Below are positions 26,790 to 36,756 of a DNA stretch of 64,000 nucleotides, piece after piece. A program made the position numbers and the translations under genes. Position 1 is the stretch's first letter. Each line of letters opens with the position of its first letter. Under the pieces are notes generated by a model. That model saw nothing but the letters and a program-made list of their open reading frames with translations. It was not told the DNA's origin and did not search any database. The stretch is taken from positions 2,405,980 through 2,469,979 of the forward strand of contig OY763323.1 of assembly GCA_963667375.1 (NCBI GenBank), given 5' to 3'. The DNA comes from Planctomycetota bacterium (GTDB taxonomy: Bacteria; Planctomycetota; SZUA-567).

Positions 26790-29700
26790 CTAGCGGCGTT
26801 GGAAACGGCGATTACGACCATTTTTACCGTTGCCATTCTGGGGCTGGGTCATTGGAGTATAATGCAGATTGCCTTCACCGATGACATCACGCAACGCAGT
26901 TGCGAACTCTTCAGTAGGGTTTATACAGTATGCCGGTGGCGTTTTAATGGTAATGGTTTTTCCACGCAGAGTGCTGACGCTGAAGTATAGCGGAATTTTA
27001 CCGTGATGTGCGGCAATACACTCCTTGAGGCTGGAGATTTCGGTATTACTGCTGTAGTTATCGGATTGCAGGGTGATGATAGCCTTGCCGGCAAGTTCGT
27101 CAATAGCATTTTCAATGGCAATTATTTTATCACAGAGTATACTTGGTTCATCCCGGCTGAGATCAAGTTTTCCCTGGACAAAGACAACTTTATCCTCTTC
27201 CAGCAGTTCTTTGTATTCTTCAAACTGATTAGAAAAAACCATGATTCTGACACTTGCATCCAGATCATCCAGAACTATCTGGGCGTAGCGCCGTTCTTTC
27301 TTGTCCAGACGGATATTTACCGAACTGATCATACCGCCAATAGTTACAAAAGCTCCATCACTGGCTTCCTTGAGGCGGTTTACTCTGGCGTTACTGAAAA
27401 CCTTGAGCGCGGTTTCGTATTTTGCCAGCGGGTGGCTGGAGACGTACATTCCAAGAACTTCTTTTTCCAGCTGCAGCTTTAGCTGTTCGTCCCATTCCGG
27501 AATAACCGGGAGTTCGGGCGCTGCTATATCTTCGGCTTCACCGAACAGATTCATCTGACCGGAATTACGATCCTTCTGTGCGGTCTGTCCCGCAGCTATT
27601 GCCTGTTCCAGAGCAGCAATATACTGCGCGCGGTGTCCTCCAAGTGAGTCAAAGCCGCCGGCTTTGATGATTGCTTCAATCGAACCTTTATTCAGCTTGT
27701 GCAGGTCAACGCGTTCGCAGAAGTCATGGATGCTGGTGAATTCGCCATTGGTCTGGCGCTCTTCTTCAAGGGACTCAACAGCTTTGTCGCCGACACCTTT
27801 AATTGCAGACAGTCCGTAACGGATGTCCTTGTCCCGGGTGACGGTGAAATAAGCTCCAGATTCATTTATATCCGGGGGGAGCAGAGCGATGCCGAGATGT
27901 TTGGCGTCATCGGTGTATTGAACAACCTTATCGGAATTACCGCGGTTGATAGTGAGTAGCGCAGCGATATATTCCACCGGGTAGTGGGCTTTCAGCCAGG
28001 CTGTCTGATAGGCGATAAAAGCGTAGCAGGCGGAGTGTGACTTGTTGAAGCCGTAGGCAGCGAATTGCTCGACCTGATCGAAGATCTGGGAGGCGATGTC
28101 TTCACCGACCGTATCATGAGCCTGTTTTACGAATTTGCCTTTGTATTCATCCATGATCTCCTTGATCTTCTTACCCATTGCCCGTCGCATCAAGTCACCT
28201 TCGGAGAGGGTGAAGTGTGCCAGCTGCAGCGCCAATGCCTGAACCTGCTCCTGATATAGTACTTCGCCGTGAGTTTCACCGAGAATTCCCTTGAGCAGTG
28301 GATGGAGATAATTGGGCTCTGCCCGCTTGTGTTTACAGTCAATATAACGGTCAACCATACCGCAGCCAAGTGGTCCCGGGCGGTACATTGCCACACCTGC
28401 AACCAGGTCTTCGAAACGGTCCGGGCGCATCTTGGTCAGAAGAGCCCGGAAGCCGTCGGATTCGAACTGAAAAACGCCTTTGGAATCACCGCGGCTCAGC
28501 ATATCGAAGGTTTTTTTGTCATCGATAGGTATATTGTTGATATCGACATCATCACCGGTTGAGAGCTTGATAATATCAAGCGCCTTACGGATAAGGGTAA
28601 GGGTTTCCAGACCGAGTACATCGACCTTACAGAGACCGAGAACTTCTACTTTTTTCATATCATACTGGAAGGTGATATCGTCACCACGTTTAGCGAGCGG
28701 ACCGTAGAATTCCGCCAGTGGTCTGTCGGCGACCAGTACTCCGGCGGCGTGGATTCCGGTCTGCCGGATCACCCCGTCAAGTTCGCCACTCATATCAAGC
28801 ATCTCCTTGATAATCGGATCTTTCTCGTAGACATCGGCGAGATCGGGGTTTTCTTTCATCGCATTCTGAATAGAGGTGAAGCCGTTTTTGGCTTTGACAC
28901 CGTCCGGGATCATTTTGGCGATAGTATTCACTTCATGCAGGGGAATATCCATGACCCGGCCGACATCTCGAATGGCACTTTTGGCAGAAATCTTGCCGTA
29001 GGTGATAATCTGGGAGCAGTGGTCATGTCCGAAACGGTCTTTGATGAACTGCACTACTTCCGCGCGACGTTCAACATCAAAATCGATATCGATATCCGGC
29101 ATTTCGTTACGTCCTTCGTTGAGGAAGCGTTCAAAAAGCAGGTCGTATTTTAGCGGATCAAGGTCGGTGATACGCATGGCGTAGGCAACGATAGAGCCGG
29201 CAGCCGAACCACGTCCCGGTCCGACCGGAATGCCGCTATCTTTGGCAAACTGCACAATCTCCGCCACCATCAGAAAGTATGAGGGGAATCCCATCTCCAG
29301 AATTACCTTGCTCTCCTTGTCATACCGCTGTTGCACTGCTTCTGGAAATTTGCCGTCAACTCGTCCGTAGCGGTATTCCAGACCTTTTTCGCACTCTCTT
29401 CTGAAGGTCTCCTCCACGGTTTCACCGTTTTCAGAGGTCATTACCGGAAGATGGAATTTTATACGGTTGCCGTGTTCATCATTGTGCAGCTCTTCAAGGT
29501 CGAAATTACAGCGGGCTGCGATTTTTACCGTGTTCTCACAGGCTTCGGGGTAATCCTTAAAGGTGTCGAACATCTCTTCGGCGCTCTTCAGATAGAAGTC
29601 TTCACTGTCCATCTTCATACGGTTTTCATCGCTGAGTTTTCTGCCGGTGTTGATGCAGATCATTACATCCTGAACCTTGGCGTGCTCGGGCAGAATGTAA

Positions 29701-30332
29701 TGCACGTCAGAGGTGGCTACCAGAGGTATGCCGGTTTTACGGGAAAGCTCCGCCATCGGCGGGATAATTTTTTTCTGCTCTGGCAGGCCGTTATCCTGAA
29801 TTTCAAGGTAGAAATTATCTTCACCGAGAATCTCCCGGTATTCTTCGGCCGCACGTTCGGCCTCGGCAAAATTGTCATGAAGCAGGTAACGTGAGACTTC
29901 TCCTGAAAGGCAGCCAGAGAGGGCGATTATCCCTTCTGAGTGCTCACGGAGCAGTTCCTTATCGATACGTGGCCGGTAATAGAAGCCTTCAAGAAAGCCT
30001 GAGGTGCAGAGCTGAGAGAGATTGAGATATCCCTTCATGTTCTTTGCCAGCAGAACCAGGTGGTAGGAAGCGTCTTTGACACCATGAGACTGTTTGTCCA
30101 GTCGTGACCCGGGGGCGACATACGCTTCAAAGCCCAGAATTGGTTTGATCCCTTTCTTTTCAGCTGTTTTGTAAAAGTCGATACATCCGTACATTGAGCC
30201 GTGATCGGTAATTGCCAGATTTTTGAATCCAAGTTCCTTGGCACGGGCGATAAGTGGCGCTACCTGACAGACCCCGTCAAGGATGGAGTAGTGGGTATGC
30301 AGATGTAAATGGGTGTATTCTCTTTCAGACAT
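26790..30332 (-). CDS. dnaE: DNA polymerase III subunit alpha
   Basis: 1180 aa. N-terminal PHP domain (YTHLHLHTHYSILDG), polymerase core, and an OB fold near the C-terminus. Confidence 0.97.
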   Translation of the reverse strand: MSEREYTHLHLHTHYSILDGVCQVAPLIARAKELGFKNLAITDHGSMYGCIDFYKTAEKKGIKPILGFEAYVAPGSRLDKQSHGVKDASYHLVLLAKNMKGYLNLSQLCTSGFLEGFYYRPRIDKELLREHSEGIIALSGCLSGEVSRYLLHDNFAEAERAAEEYREILGEDNFYLEIQDNGLPEQKKIIPPMAELSRKTGIPLVATSDVHYILPEHAKVQDVMICINTGRKLSDENRMKMDSEDFYLKSAEEMFDTFKDYPEACENTVKIAARCNFDLEELHNDEHGNRIKFHLPVMTSENGETVEETFRRECEKGLEYRYGRVDGKFPEAVQQRYDKESKVILEMGFPSYFLMVAEIVQFAKDSGIPVGPGRGSAAGSIVAYAMRITDLDPLKYDLLFERFLNEGRNEMPDIDIDFDVERRAEVVQFIKDRFGHDHCSQIITYGKISAKSAIRDVGRVMDIPLHEVNTIAKMIPDGVKAKNGFTSIQNAMKENPDLADVYEKDPIIKEMLDMSGELDGVIRQTGIHAAGVLVADRPLAEFYGPLAKRGDDITFQYDMKKVEVLGLCKVDVLGLETLTLIRKALDIIKLSTGDDVDINNIPIDDKKTFDMLSRGDSKGVFQFESDGFRALLTKMRPDRFEDLVAGVAMYRPGPLGCGMVDRYIDCKHKRAEPNYLHPLLKGILGETHGEVLYQEQVQALALQLAHFTLSEGDLMRRAMGKKIKEIMDEYKGKFVKQAHDTVGEDIASQIFDQVEQFAAYGFNKSHSACYAFIAYQTAWLKAHYPVEYIAALLTINRGNSDKVVQYTDDAKHLGIALLPPDINESGAYFTVTRDKDIRYGLSAIKGVGDKAVESLEEERQTNGEFTSIHDFCERVDLHKLNKGSIEAIIKAGGFDSLGGHRAQYIAALEQAIAAGQTAQKDRNSGQMNLFGEAEDIAAPELPVIPEWDEQLKLQLEKEVLGMYVSSHPLAKYETALKVFSNARVNRLKEASDGAFVTIGGMISSVNIRLDKKERRYAQIVLDDLDASVRIMVFSNQFEEYKELLEEDKVVFVQGKLDLSRDEPSILCDKIIAIENAIDELAGKAIITLQSDNYSSNTEISSLKECIAAHHGKIPLYFSVSTLRGKTITIKTPPAYCINPTEEFATALRDVIGEGNLHYTPMTQPQNGNGKNGRNRRFQRR

Positions 30333-30362
30333 TATTGAGGATTTTCCTGAGTTAAAAGGTGG

Positions 30363-30938
30363 TTATTCTATTATTTCTCCTATAAGACCATTTTTGCCGT
30401 GACCGGCCTGCGGGGCTTCACCGCCACCGAGTCCGACCTTTCCTCCCTGAGGCTTTACCGGTATCCGCTCTTTGAGTGTTTTGGCTATTTCCTTGGGTAC
30501 AAAGGCGGAAATATCACCGCCGAAAGCGCAGGCTTCACGTATCAGTGAGGAGCTTATGAAGGAATTTTCCGCACTGGCCATAACAAACAGCGTCTCAACA
30601 CCACCCATGCGCCGGTTGGCAATCGCCAGCTGGAATTCATACTCGAAATCCGCATAGGTCCGTATACCGCGTAGTATGGCTTTGGCTCCAACCTGTCTGA
30701 CGAAATCAACGGTCATGCAGGAGAAGGTCTCAACCCTGACGTTTCCAAGATCTGCTGTAAGCTTGGAGGTCATGGCTACACGCTCGGCATTTGTGAAGAT
30801 TGACTTTTTTTCCGAGTTGATACCGATGCCGACAATAAGAGTGTCAAAGAGTTTTGCTCCGCGTCTGATAACATCGAGATGACCGAAGGTGATCGGGTCA
30901 AATGATCCTGGAAAAACGGCAATGTTGGAGGTATTCAT
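30363..30938 (-). CDS. coaD: Phosphopantetheine adenylyltransferase with Gly-rich C-terminal extension
   Basis: AVFPGSFDPITFGHLDVIRRG (HxGH motif) and SSSLIRE. About 30 extra C-terminal residues (GGKVGLGGGEAPQAGHGKNG). Confidence 0.9.
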   Translation of the reverse strand: MNTSNIAVFPGSFDPITFGHLDVIRRGAKLFDTLIVGIGINSEKKSIFTNAERVAMTSKLTADLGNVRVETFSCMTVDFVRQVGAKAILRGIRTYADFEYEFQLAIANRRMGGVETLFVMASAENSFISSSLIREACAFGGDISAFVPKEIAKTLKERIPVKPQGGKVGLGGGEAPQAGHGKNGLIGEIIE

Positions 30939-31172
30939 TTTGCTGTGTATCCTTGCTTTAATATCTTCTGAGAGTGCGGAAACAATAAATTGTATCCTGT
31001 AACCTCATGGCATTCAAGCCGGTAAGCAATTATAAGTACTAAAAATAGTAATGAAAATTATAAATCATCTTTAACAAAAAGTGTCAAGAGTGTATAATCG
31101 TAATACAGTCATAATTTGGTTCTCTTTTTTGCTATTCTATGGGAATAAATAAAAAATAAAAGGGTGTAGATT

Positions 31173-31322
31173 ATGAGTTTTTTAAAAATACTGCTGCAGC
31201 GTCTCAAAGCGCTTGTTTCCAGTGAGATGCTGTGTGATACCTGCATGTATGATTACGGTGATGCCTGCACCAGGTCTGAGCGCCCAAATGCTCAGGTGTG
31301 TCCGGATTATAAAAGGAAGTAG
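31173..31322 (+). CDS. Unannotated 49-aa Cys4 (zinc-ribbon-like) small protein
   Basis: Translation is MSFLKILLQRLKALVSSEMLCDTCMYDYGDACTRSERPNAQVCPDYKRK. AAGGGTG lies 7-8 nt upstream of the ATG. The ORF is below the 60-aa cutoff of the ORF track and sits just upstream of def. Confidence 0.4.
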   Translation: MSFLKILLQRLKALVSSEMLCDTCMYDYGDACTRSERPNAQVCPDYKRK

Positions 31323-31389
31323 TTTTTTACAACTTTTATTCGTGTTTTTCATTTAATTTGTCGCGGCATTTTATTTGTTGAGGGTTTGT

Positions 31390-31917
31390 ATGTTAGATAT
31401 TGTATGTTATCCTGATCCTATTTTGCGTAGAGTTTCTACAGAGATAAAAGAGATTACGCCTGAGATCCGTGAACTCGCGGCTGAAATGTTTGAGACTATG
31501 TATAAAAATACCGGCATCGGACTTGCCGCACCGCAGATAGGAAAGAATATCAGACTCTTTGTAATCGATATCAGAGATCCTGAACATCCGGAGAAGCTGG
31601 TCTTTATCAATCCGGTTATTACCTCTAAAAGCAAGGAAAAAGAGAAATTTGAGGAAGGTTGCCTGAGTCTGCCTGAGGTATCAGCAAATGTGACCAGGCC
31701 GGTTGAAGTAACGGTAAAAGCGCTTGATCTGGAGGGTAAAGAATTTGTACTTGAGGCTGATGGTATGCTTGCAAGATGTATTCAGCATGAGTATGATCAT
31801 CTGGATGGTATTGTCTTTACCGATAAGGTTTCACTTGCCAGTAAGCTTTCGGTAAAGGGCGGTCTGCGCCGGCTGGAAGAGGATTACATGGACAGGATGA
31901 GTAAAAAGGATGCTTAA
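31390..31917 (+). CDS. def: Peptide deformylase
   Basis: The three Def motifs are present: GIGLAAPQIG, EGCLSLP and HEYDHLDG. I prefer ATG 31390 over TTG 31375. Confidence 0.95.
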   Translation: MLDIVCYPDPILRRVSTEIKEITPEIRELAAEMFETMYKNTGIGLAAPQIGKNIRLFVIDIRDPEHPEKLVFINPVITSKSKEKEKFEEGCLSLPEVSANVTRPVEVTVKALDLEGKEFVLEADGMLARCIQHEYDHLDGIVFTDKVSLASKLSVKGGLRRLEEDYMDRMSKKDA

Positions 31918-32879
31918 TGAGACTGGTTTTTTTTGGAAGTGCCCCTATTGCTGTCTCAACTCTCAACGCTCTTATTGACAGTAAACATGAGGTCGTTGGA
32001 GTCTTTACACAGCCTGACCGTCCGGCTGGGCGGGGTGGCCATATGCATGTTACTGCAGTCAAGGAACGAGCTCTGGAGGTAGGTATACCGGTAGAGCAGC
32101 CGTCAACCCTGCGTGATGGTACAGCCGCTGAAGCGTTGCGAAAATATTATCCTGATGTGGCGGTGATTGTTGCTTACGGTCACCTTATTCCCAAAGATCT
32201 GCTGGTGATCCCGGAACATGGTTTTATCAATCTGCATGCGTCAATACTTCCCAGATATCGCGGTGCTTCACCGGTTCCGTATGCGATATTGAACGGCGAT
32301 TCAGAGACTGGGGTTACCGTTTTTCAGTTGAATGAACGTTTTGATGAAGGCAGAATACTCGGTATCGAGACTCTTCCTATTGAGGACAATGATACCACAG
32401 CTACTGTATTGAAGAAACTCTCTCCGATCGGAGCGGAGCTGGTGTGTAAGGTTGTCGGGGAGCTTGAGGCCGGGTGGATTGTGCCGATTGAGCAGAATGA
32501 GGAACAAGCGACGCTGGCTCCGAAAATGCAGAAGGATGATGGTCGGCTGAACTGGTCGCTGGATGCCAGAAATATTGACCTGCATGTGCGGGCGTACCAG
32601 CCATGGCCGCGGTGCTTTACTTTTTATATATCCGGCAGGAAGCTGCGGCGTCTCTGTATTCTTGAGGTTCGGCGTTATGAATTAACCACTGAAAATCCGG
32701 TGGACAATGGCGAGATCCTCTATGCTGATGATGAGAATGGCCTTGTTGTCGGCTGTGGTAATGGAGAAGCGGTACGACTGCTTAGAGTCAAACCTGAAGG
32801 CAAGAATGAGATGCGAGGCGTCGACTTTATGCATGGAGCCCGTCTGCAACCCGGGGATATGCTGCTGGGGATTGACTGA
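31917..32879 (+). CDS. fmt: Methionyl-tRNA formyltransferase
   Basis: MRLVFFGS...VGVFTQPDRPAGRG...INLHASILPRYRGASP. TAATG overlap with the def stop. Confidence 0.95.
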   Translation: MRLVFFGSAPIAVSTLNALIDSKHEVVGVFTQPDRPAGRGGHMHVTAVKERALEVGIPVEQPSTLRDGTAAEALRKYYPDVAVIVAYGHLIPKDLLVIPEHGFINLHASILPRYRGASPVPYAILNGDSETGVTVFQLNERFDEGRILGIETLPIEDNDTTATVLKKLSPIGAELVCKVVGELEAGWIVPIEQNEEQATLAPKMQKDDGRLNWSLDARNIDLHVRAYQPWPRCFTFYISGRKLRRLCILEVRRYELTTENPVDNGEILYADDENGLVVGCGNGEAVRLLRVKPEGKNEMRGVDFMHGARLQPGDMLLGID

Positions 32880-32942
32880 TAACTTTACACAGCGTTGCTG
32901 TGTTTTTCTTTTTTAGCATTAGATACTGTTATTTTAACTATT

Positions 32943-34094
32943 ATGCATATTTATCTTTCAACCGGTGATACCTCTGCAGAACCGCATGCCTTGGGATTTA
33001 TCCGGGCCTGTCAGAAGTTATCCCCGGATTGCCGGTTCAGTGTAATGGGGGGGGACATCCTGCGTGAAGGCGGAGTCGATATCGCCTTTGATTCCACAGA
33101 AATTAAGGTTATGGGGTTTGTTGCTATCCTTAAACATCTGCCGGCTATCAGGAAGGTCTTTTATCGGGTGTTGGAGTATATTGAGCGGGAACAGCCCGAG
33201 TGTGTGGTTCTGGTTGATTATCCGGGATTTCACCTGCGACTGGCAAAAGCGTTAAAAAAGCGTTTTCCCGATCTGCCTGTTGTGTATTATATTACCCCGC
33301 AGGTCTGGGCCTGGCACAAGAGCCGGGTCAAGCTGCTCCAGAAGTATATTGACTGGGCAATGTGTATTCTGCCTTTTGAAGAGGATTGGTTCAAGAAGCA
33401 TGGGGTAAGGGCGCAGTATGTGGGCAGTCCGGTGCTTGACGGGATTCGCAATACCGATCCCGGTGCGTTACGAACCAGACTGGGATTGAGTGAGAGCTGC
33501 CGGGTGGTTTCAATATTTGCTGGCAGCAGACGTAAAGAGATAGAGTATATCCTAAAACCGATGCTTGGCGCGGTCGAGATTGTCAGGGAAAAATTCCCTG
33601 ATATTGAGTTCGTGCTCTCAGTTGCGCGAAATATGCAAAAGAATCTGGATAATACTGCGGGTGTAATCCCTGACTATATTCACCGGATTGAGGGGCATAG
33701 CCATGAGATACTGGCAGGGAGTGATTTTGTCTTTGCCAAGAGTGGTACTACAACTCTGGAGGCAGCTCTTCTTGGCACGCCAATGCTGGTGGCGTATCGC
33801 GGTGACTGGTTGAGCGCAAAGCTGGCCTTTTTCTTGAAACGTCTTAATAAACTTGAATTTATATCATTACCCAATATCATTGTCGGAAAAGAGATTGTCC
33901 CTGAAATGCTGCAGGATGGTTGCTCCAAGGAGAATATGGCTGATTACGCGATCCGGGTCATTTCGGATAAGAAAATGTCCGATAATATAAAATTGGAGTT
34001 ACACCACGTCCGTGAGCTTGTTGGTGAGGAAGAGTCTGGAAAACGCGCGGCAAAATCCTTTTTGAGTTTTATGAAAAGTGCAACTGTCGGCTAA
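32943..34094 (+). CDS. lpxB: Lipid-A-disaccharide synthase (GT19)
   Basis: VVLVDYPGFHLRLAK, YYITPQVWAWHKSRV and SGTTTLEAALLGTPMLVAY are typical of LpxB. I prefer ATG 32943 (MHIYLSTGD...). Confidence 0.85.
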   Translation: MHIYLSTGDTSAEPHALGFIRACQKLSPDCRFSVMGGDILREGGVDIAFDSTEIKVMGFVAILKHLPAIRKVFYRVLEYIEREQPECVVLVDYPGFHLRLAKALKKRFPDLPVVYYITPQVWAWHKSRVKLLQKYIDWAMCILPFEEDWFKKHGVRAQYVGSPVLDGIRNTDPGALRTRLGLSESCRVVSIFAGSRRKEIEYILKPMLGAVEIVREKFPDIEFVLSVARNMQKNLDNTAGVIPDYIHRIEGHSHEILAGSDFVFAKSGTTTLEAALLGTPMLVAYRGDWLSAKLAFFLKRLNKLEFISLPNIIVGKEIVPEMLQDGCSKENMADYAIRVISDKKMSDNIKLELHHVRELVGEEESGKRAAKSFLSFMKSATVG

Positions 34095-34252
34095 AAAAAG
34101 TTATAAATGTTAAAATTATGTTGAAAAAACACATAAATTATGTATATTAACATCTGTATTATTATTTAATGTTATTAGAATAACTATTTTATATAATCTT
34201 TTCCGGGTGAACATTGTGGGTTTTTCGGAAATAGCTATTAGGAAAATGGGGA

Positions 34253-35572
34253 ATGAGTATTAAATACTTTACATTGTTGCTGGTCGTTGTGTCTTGCCTG
34301 TGTTTTTCCGGATTTGCTGCTGATGACAATGAATTGGTGGTAATTAATCTCGACGATAATACAGTCGCAGAGCAGACTGTACTGCAGGGTTCGGGAAGTA
34401 CCGCAGATGGTGATTCTGAGGCTGCTGCAGATACTGCTGCTACTGCAGAGTCTGAAAGTGTGGAGACAGCTCAGAAGAGCAAGGTTCGAATTGATACCAG
34501 TGGCGATGATCCATATGTGCTTGAAGAATATTCACCGAATGATTACCAGACATATGATTTTTCACAGGTATTGCCGGTTAAATTTCAGACTGAAGATAAA
34601 AAGCAGTCTTATGTGACTAACAGAGCAAACCGCCTGACTCTCGCTAAAGCTGATGTTACAGTCCATACAAAAGAGAATGTGCGCGGGCAGGATACCAAGT
34701 TTGGTCTTACAGAATATGAGGCTCAGGTGAGTGTGCCGATTCTGTATAAAGGCAATAACAAGCTTCTGTTCACCGTTGAATACAGTATGTATGATTTTGA
34801 TACTGATATGCGCCTTAAGAATGACAGCCCACTCAAATATGGCAATCAGCCTTTGGGTGCGCAGCTGGATTCGATGCAGAGTCTGTATTTCAAGTTGAAT
34901 TACCGTTATGATGTAAATGAGAGCAAATTTGCCGGCGGTTTCTTTGACGGTACAACATTTGGTGTTGATCTGATTGTTGATTCCCGTTCCGATATACTCT
35001 TTAACAGTATTGATGAAACCAACTTCACCGGTCTGGTCAGCTACCGTATGCCGATCTTTGAAAATCAGGCTATTACTATCATGGCCGGCTATATGAGTGA
35101 TTTCAAGCTGCCGATTGCCGGTATCGGTTATCAGTTGAATTTTGGTAAGACCAGTTATCTGAATGTTGGTATGCCGCTGAATATGATTCATATTAATTCC
35201 GCTGATCTGCCTTATCTGGAGACTGAGCGCTTCAACTTTGACTTTAATTATATTCTGTTCGGTGATCTTTCTGCTCAGCTGTCATATGATATTATTCTGG
35301 GTAAGCTGCAGGTTTACTCTGATTTCCAGTGGAATACAGAGACTTGGGCAAGAGCCAATAGATCTGATACTCGTGCTCGGGTGTTCTACACCGACTGCAG
35401 ATGGGGTGCTGGTGTGAGAGCTGATTTCCTGAAGTATTTCTATGCCAAGGCTGAAGGTGGTTGGGCATTCTCCAGAAATATCTATGAGGATCGCAATTAC
35501 TTCGATTACAGCAAGGGTTATGATATAGATGACAGTGCGTACTTAACATTGGAAGCAGGTATTGTCTTCTAG
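34253..35572 (+). CDS. Hypothetical outer-membrane beta-barrel-like protein
   Basis: Signal peptide (LLLVVVSCLCFSGFAADD) and an acidic low-complexity linker. Alternating hydrophobic and aromatic strands follow. The C-terminal sequence LTLEAGIVF ends in Phe, the OMP sorting signature. Confidence 0.65.
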   Translation: MSIKYFTLLLVVVSCLCFSGFAADDNELVVINLDDNTVAEQTVLQGSGSTADGDSEAAADTAATAESESVETAQKSKVRIDTSGDDPYVLEEYSPNDYQTYDFSQVLPVKFQTEDKKQSYVTNRANRLTLAKADVTVHTKENVRGQDTKFGLTEYEAQVSVPILYKGNNKLLFTVEYSMYDFDTDMRLKNDSPLKYGNQPLGAQLDSMQSLYFKLNYRYDVNESKFAGGFFDGTTFGVDLIVDSRSDILFNSIDETNFTGLVSYRMPIFENQAITIMAGYMSDFKLPIAGIGYQLNFGKTSYLNVGMPLNMIHINSADLPYLETERFNFDFNYILFGDLSAQLSYDIILGKLQVYSDFQWNTETWARANRSDTRARVFYTDCRWGAGVRADFLKYFYAKAEGGWAFSRNIYEDRNYFDYSKGYDIDDSAYLTLEAGIVF

Positions 35573-35604
35573 TCTTTATCCGAGCAGATAATTATATGAG
35601 TTTT

Positions 35605-35636
35605 AGCCTGTTGACTAGTTGTCAGCAGGCTTTTTT
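35605..35636 (+). terminator. Rho-independent terminator after the OMP-like gene
   Basis: 11-bp stem agcctgttgac / gtcagcaggct with one G-U pair, loop tagtt, then a T6 run. Confidence 0.75.
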
Positions 35637-35637
35637 G

Positions 35638-36756
35638 TTAATTAAAGGTTTCAATTTCTTTTTTGAACAATGATAATGCTTTTTGGAAATTTTTAATTGT
35701 GACAACAAAATAATTAGAAATATTATCCCAATTATCTTTATTATGAAAATCCAATTCACTAGGTATTACAGAGATCTTTGATTGGATTTTATCTTCATAT
35801 TTATGCCAGGTAAATTTTAATCCGCTTTCAGACTCGAGTTCATCTTTTTTGCTGTATAGCAACTCATAGATTTCATTTGAATGGCTATTTATATACAGAT
35901 CAACTCGACAATTATTATTTAACACATGGAGTGCAAATCCGGTGTATTTAATACTTGATGGGAAGTGTGAATATGATCGGTTTGAAGGTGAATTGCTGAT
36001 TTCAAAGTTGGGTAACTTTTTTTCGCAGTGTTGTAAAAAATATTTCCAGAACTCAATATATTTTAGTTTAGTTTCATTATTTAGTCGTTCATATTGGGCA
36101 TCTTCTTTGTTCTTGTTATTAATACGATTAGTGTATTCTTCTGCATCTTTAACGGGGATTATCTGTTGAATTTGTATGTATAAATTATCATTATCTGAAA
36201 ACGGTTTGATTTCAAAACATTTAATGTCAATGCCGAAGTTTGTTAACCATAAAACCGCAGAGGTTACTTCAATTCTAAAATTATTGGCAATTATTATAAT
36301 CCTCTGAGTTGAACCTTCATTGAGTATCAGTTCTGCGTTTTCATCGTCATATGCTAAAAATTTTCGAATATTAGATAGCGCATTATCATTGGGTCGACCA
36401 GTTTTATTGAGATAATCTTGATAAACGCGTAAAATGTCTTTTGTATTAAATGTTGCACAATATGAGGCATATTTTATTGATTGCAGCGTAACATCTTTAC
36501 CACTGTCATCACGTTTGTTTTCAATGATGACAAGTTTTTTTTCTTTATCCAGTGCAAGTAGGTCTAATCTTTCACTGCTTTTGTTCCAATCAGAGAATTC
36601 TTCCTGGATTATTAATAATGGTTCATCTAATATTCCGTTTTCTGCTTCACTTTTTATCCATTGTTGAATATGTTGCCGTTCTTTCATATTCTCTTGCTTG
36701 AATGTTATTTCTGGTAGTTTTGTCAGCGTTAATTTATCGTTATTAATACGGTACAT
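35638..36756 (-). CDS. NucS/DUF91-like PD-(D/E)XK nuclease domain fused to a DUF4268-like C-terminal domain
   Basis: 372 aa. The N-terminal half has the pattern ERLDLLALDKEKKLVIIENKRD...LQSIKYASY (D...E-x-K). The C-terminal half starts YIEFWKYFLQHC. The gene is much more AT-rich than its neighbours. Family assignment is from memory of the motif patterns. Confidence 0.55.
   Translation of the reverse strand: MYRINNDKLTLTKLPEITFKQENMKERQHIQQWIKSEAENGILDEPLLIIQEEFSDWNKSSERLDLLALDKEKKLVIIENKRDDSGKDVTLQSIKYASYCATFNTKDILRVYQDYLNKTGRPNDNALSNIRKFLAYDDENAELILNEGSTQRIIIIANNFRIEVTSAVLWLTNFGIDIKCFEIKPFSDNDNLYIQIQQIIPVKDAEEYTNRINNKNKEDAQYERLNNETKLKYIEFWKYFLQHCEKKLPNFEISNSPSNRSYSHFPSSIKYTGFALHVLNNNCRVDLYINSHSNEIYELLYSKKDELESESGLKFTWHKYEDKIQSKISVIPSELDFHNKDNWDNISNYFVVTIKNFQKALSLFKKEIETFN

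Noticed and set aside
27003-29894. Series of plus-strand ORFs (60-187 aa) across the dnaE region
   Set aside because: All lie antisense to the uninterrupted 1180-aa dnaE frame and none has recognisable motifs.
30363-30470. Gly-rich C-terminal extension of about 30 aa on CoaD
   Set aside because: It is a low-complexity tail in frame with a normal coaD gene. It has no independent ORF or motif, so I judged it not informative.
34562-35191. 209-aa minus-strand ORF inside the OMP-like gene
   Set aside because: It is antisense to a frame that has a signal peptide and the C-terminal OMP Phe signature. Its product has no motifs.
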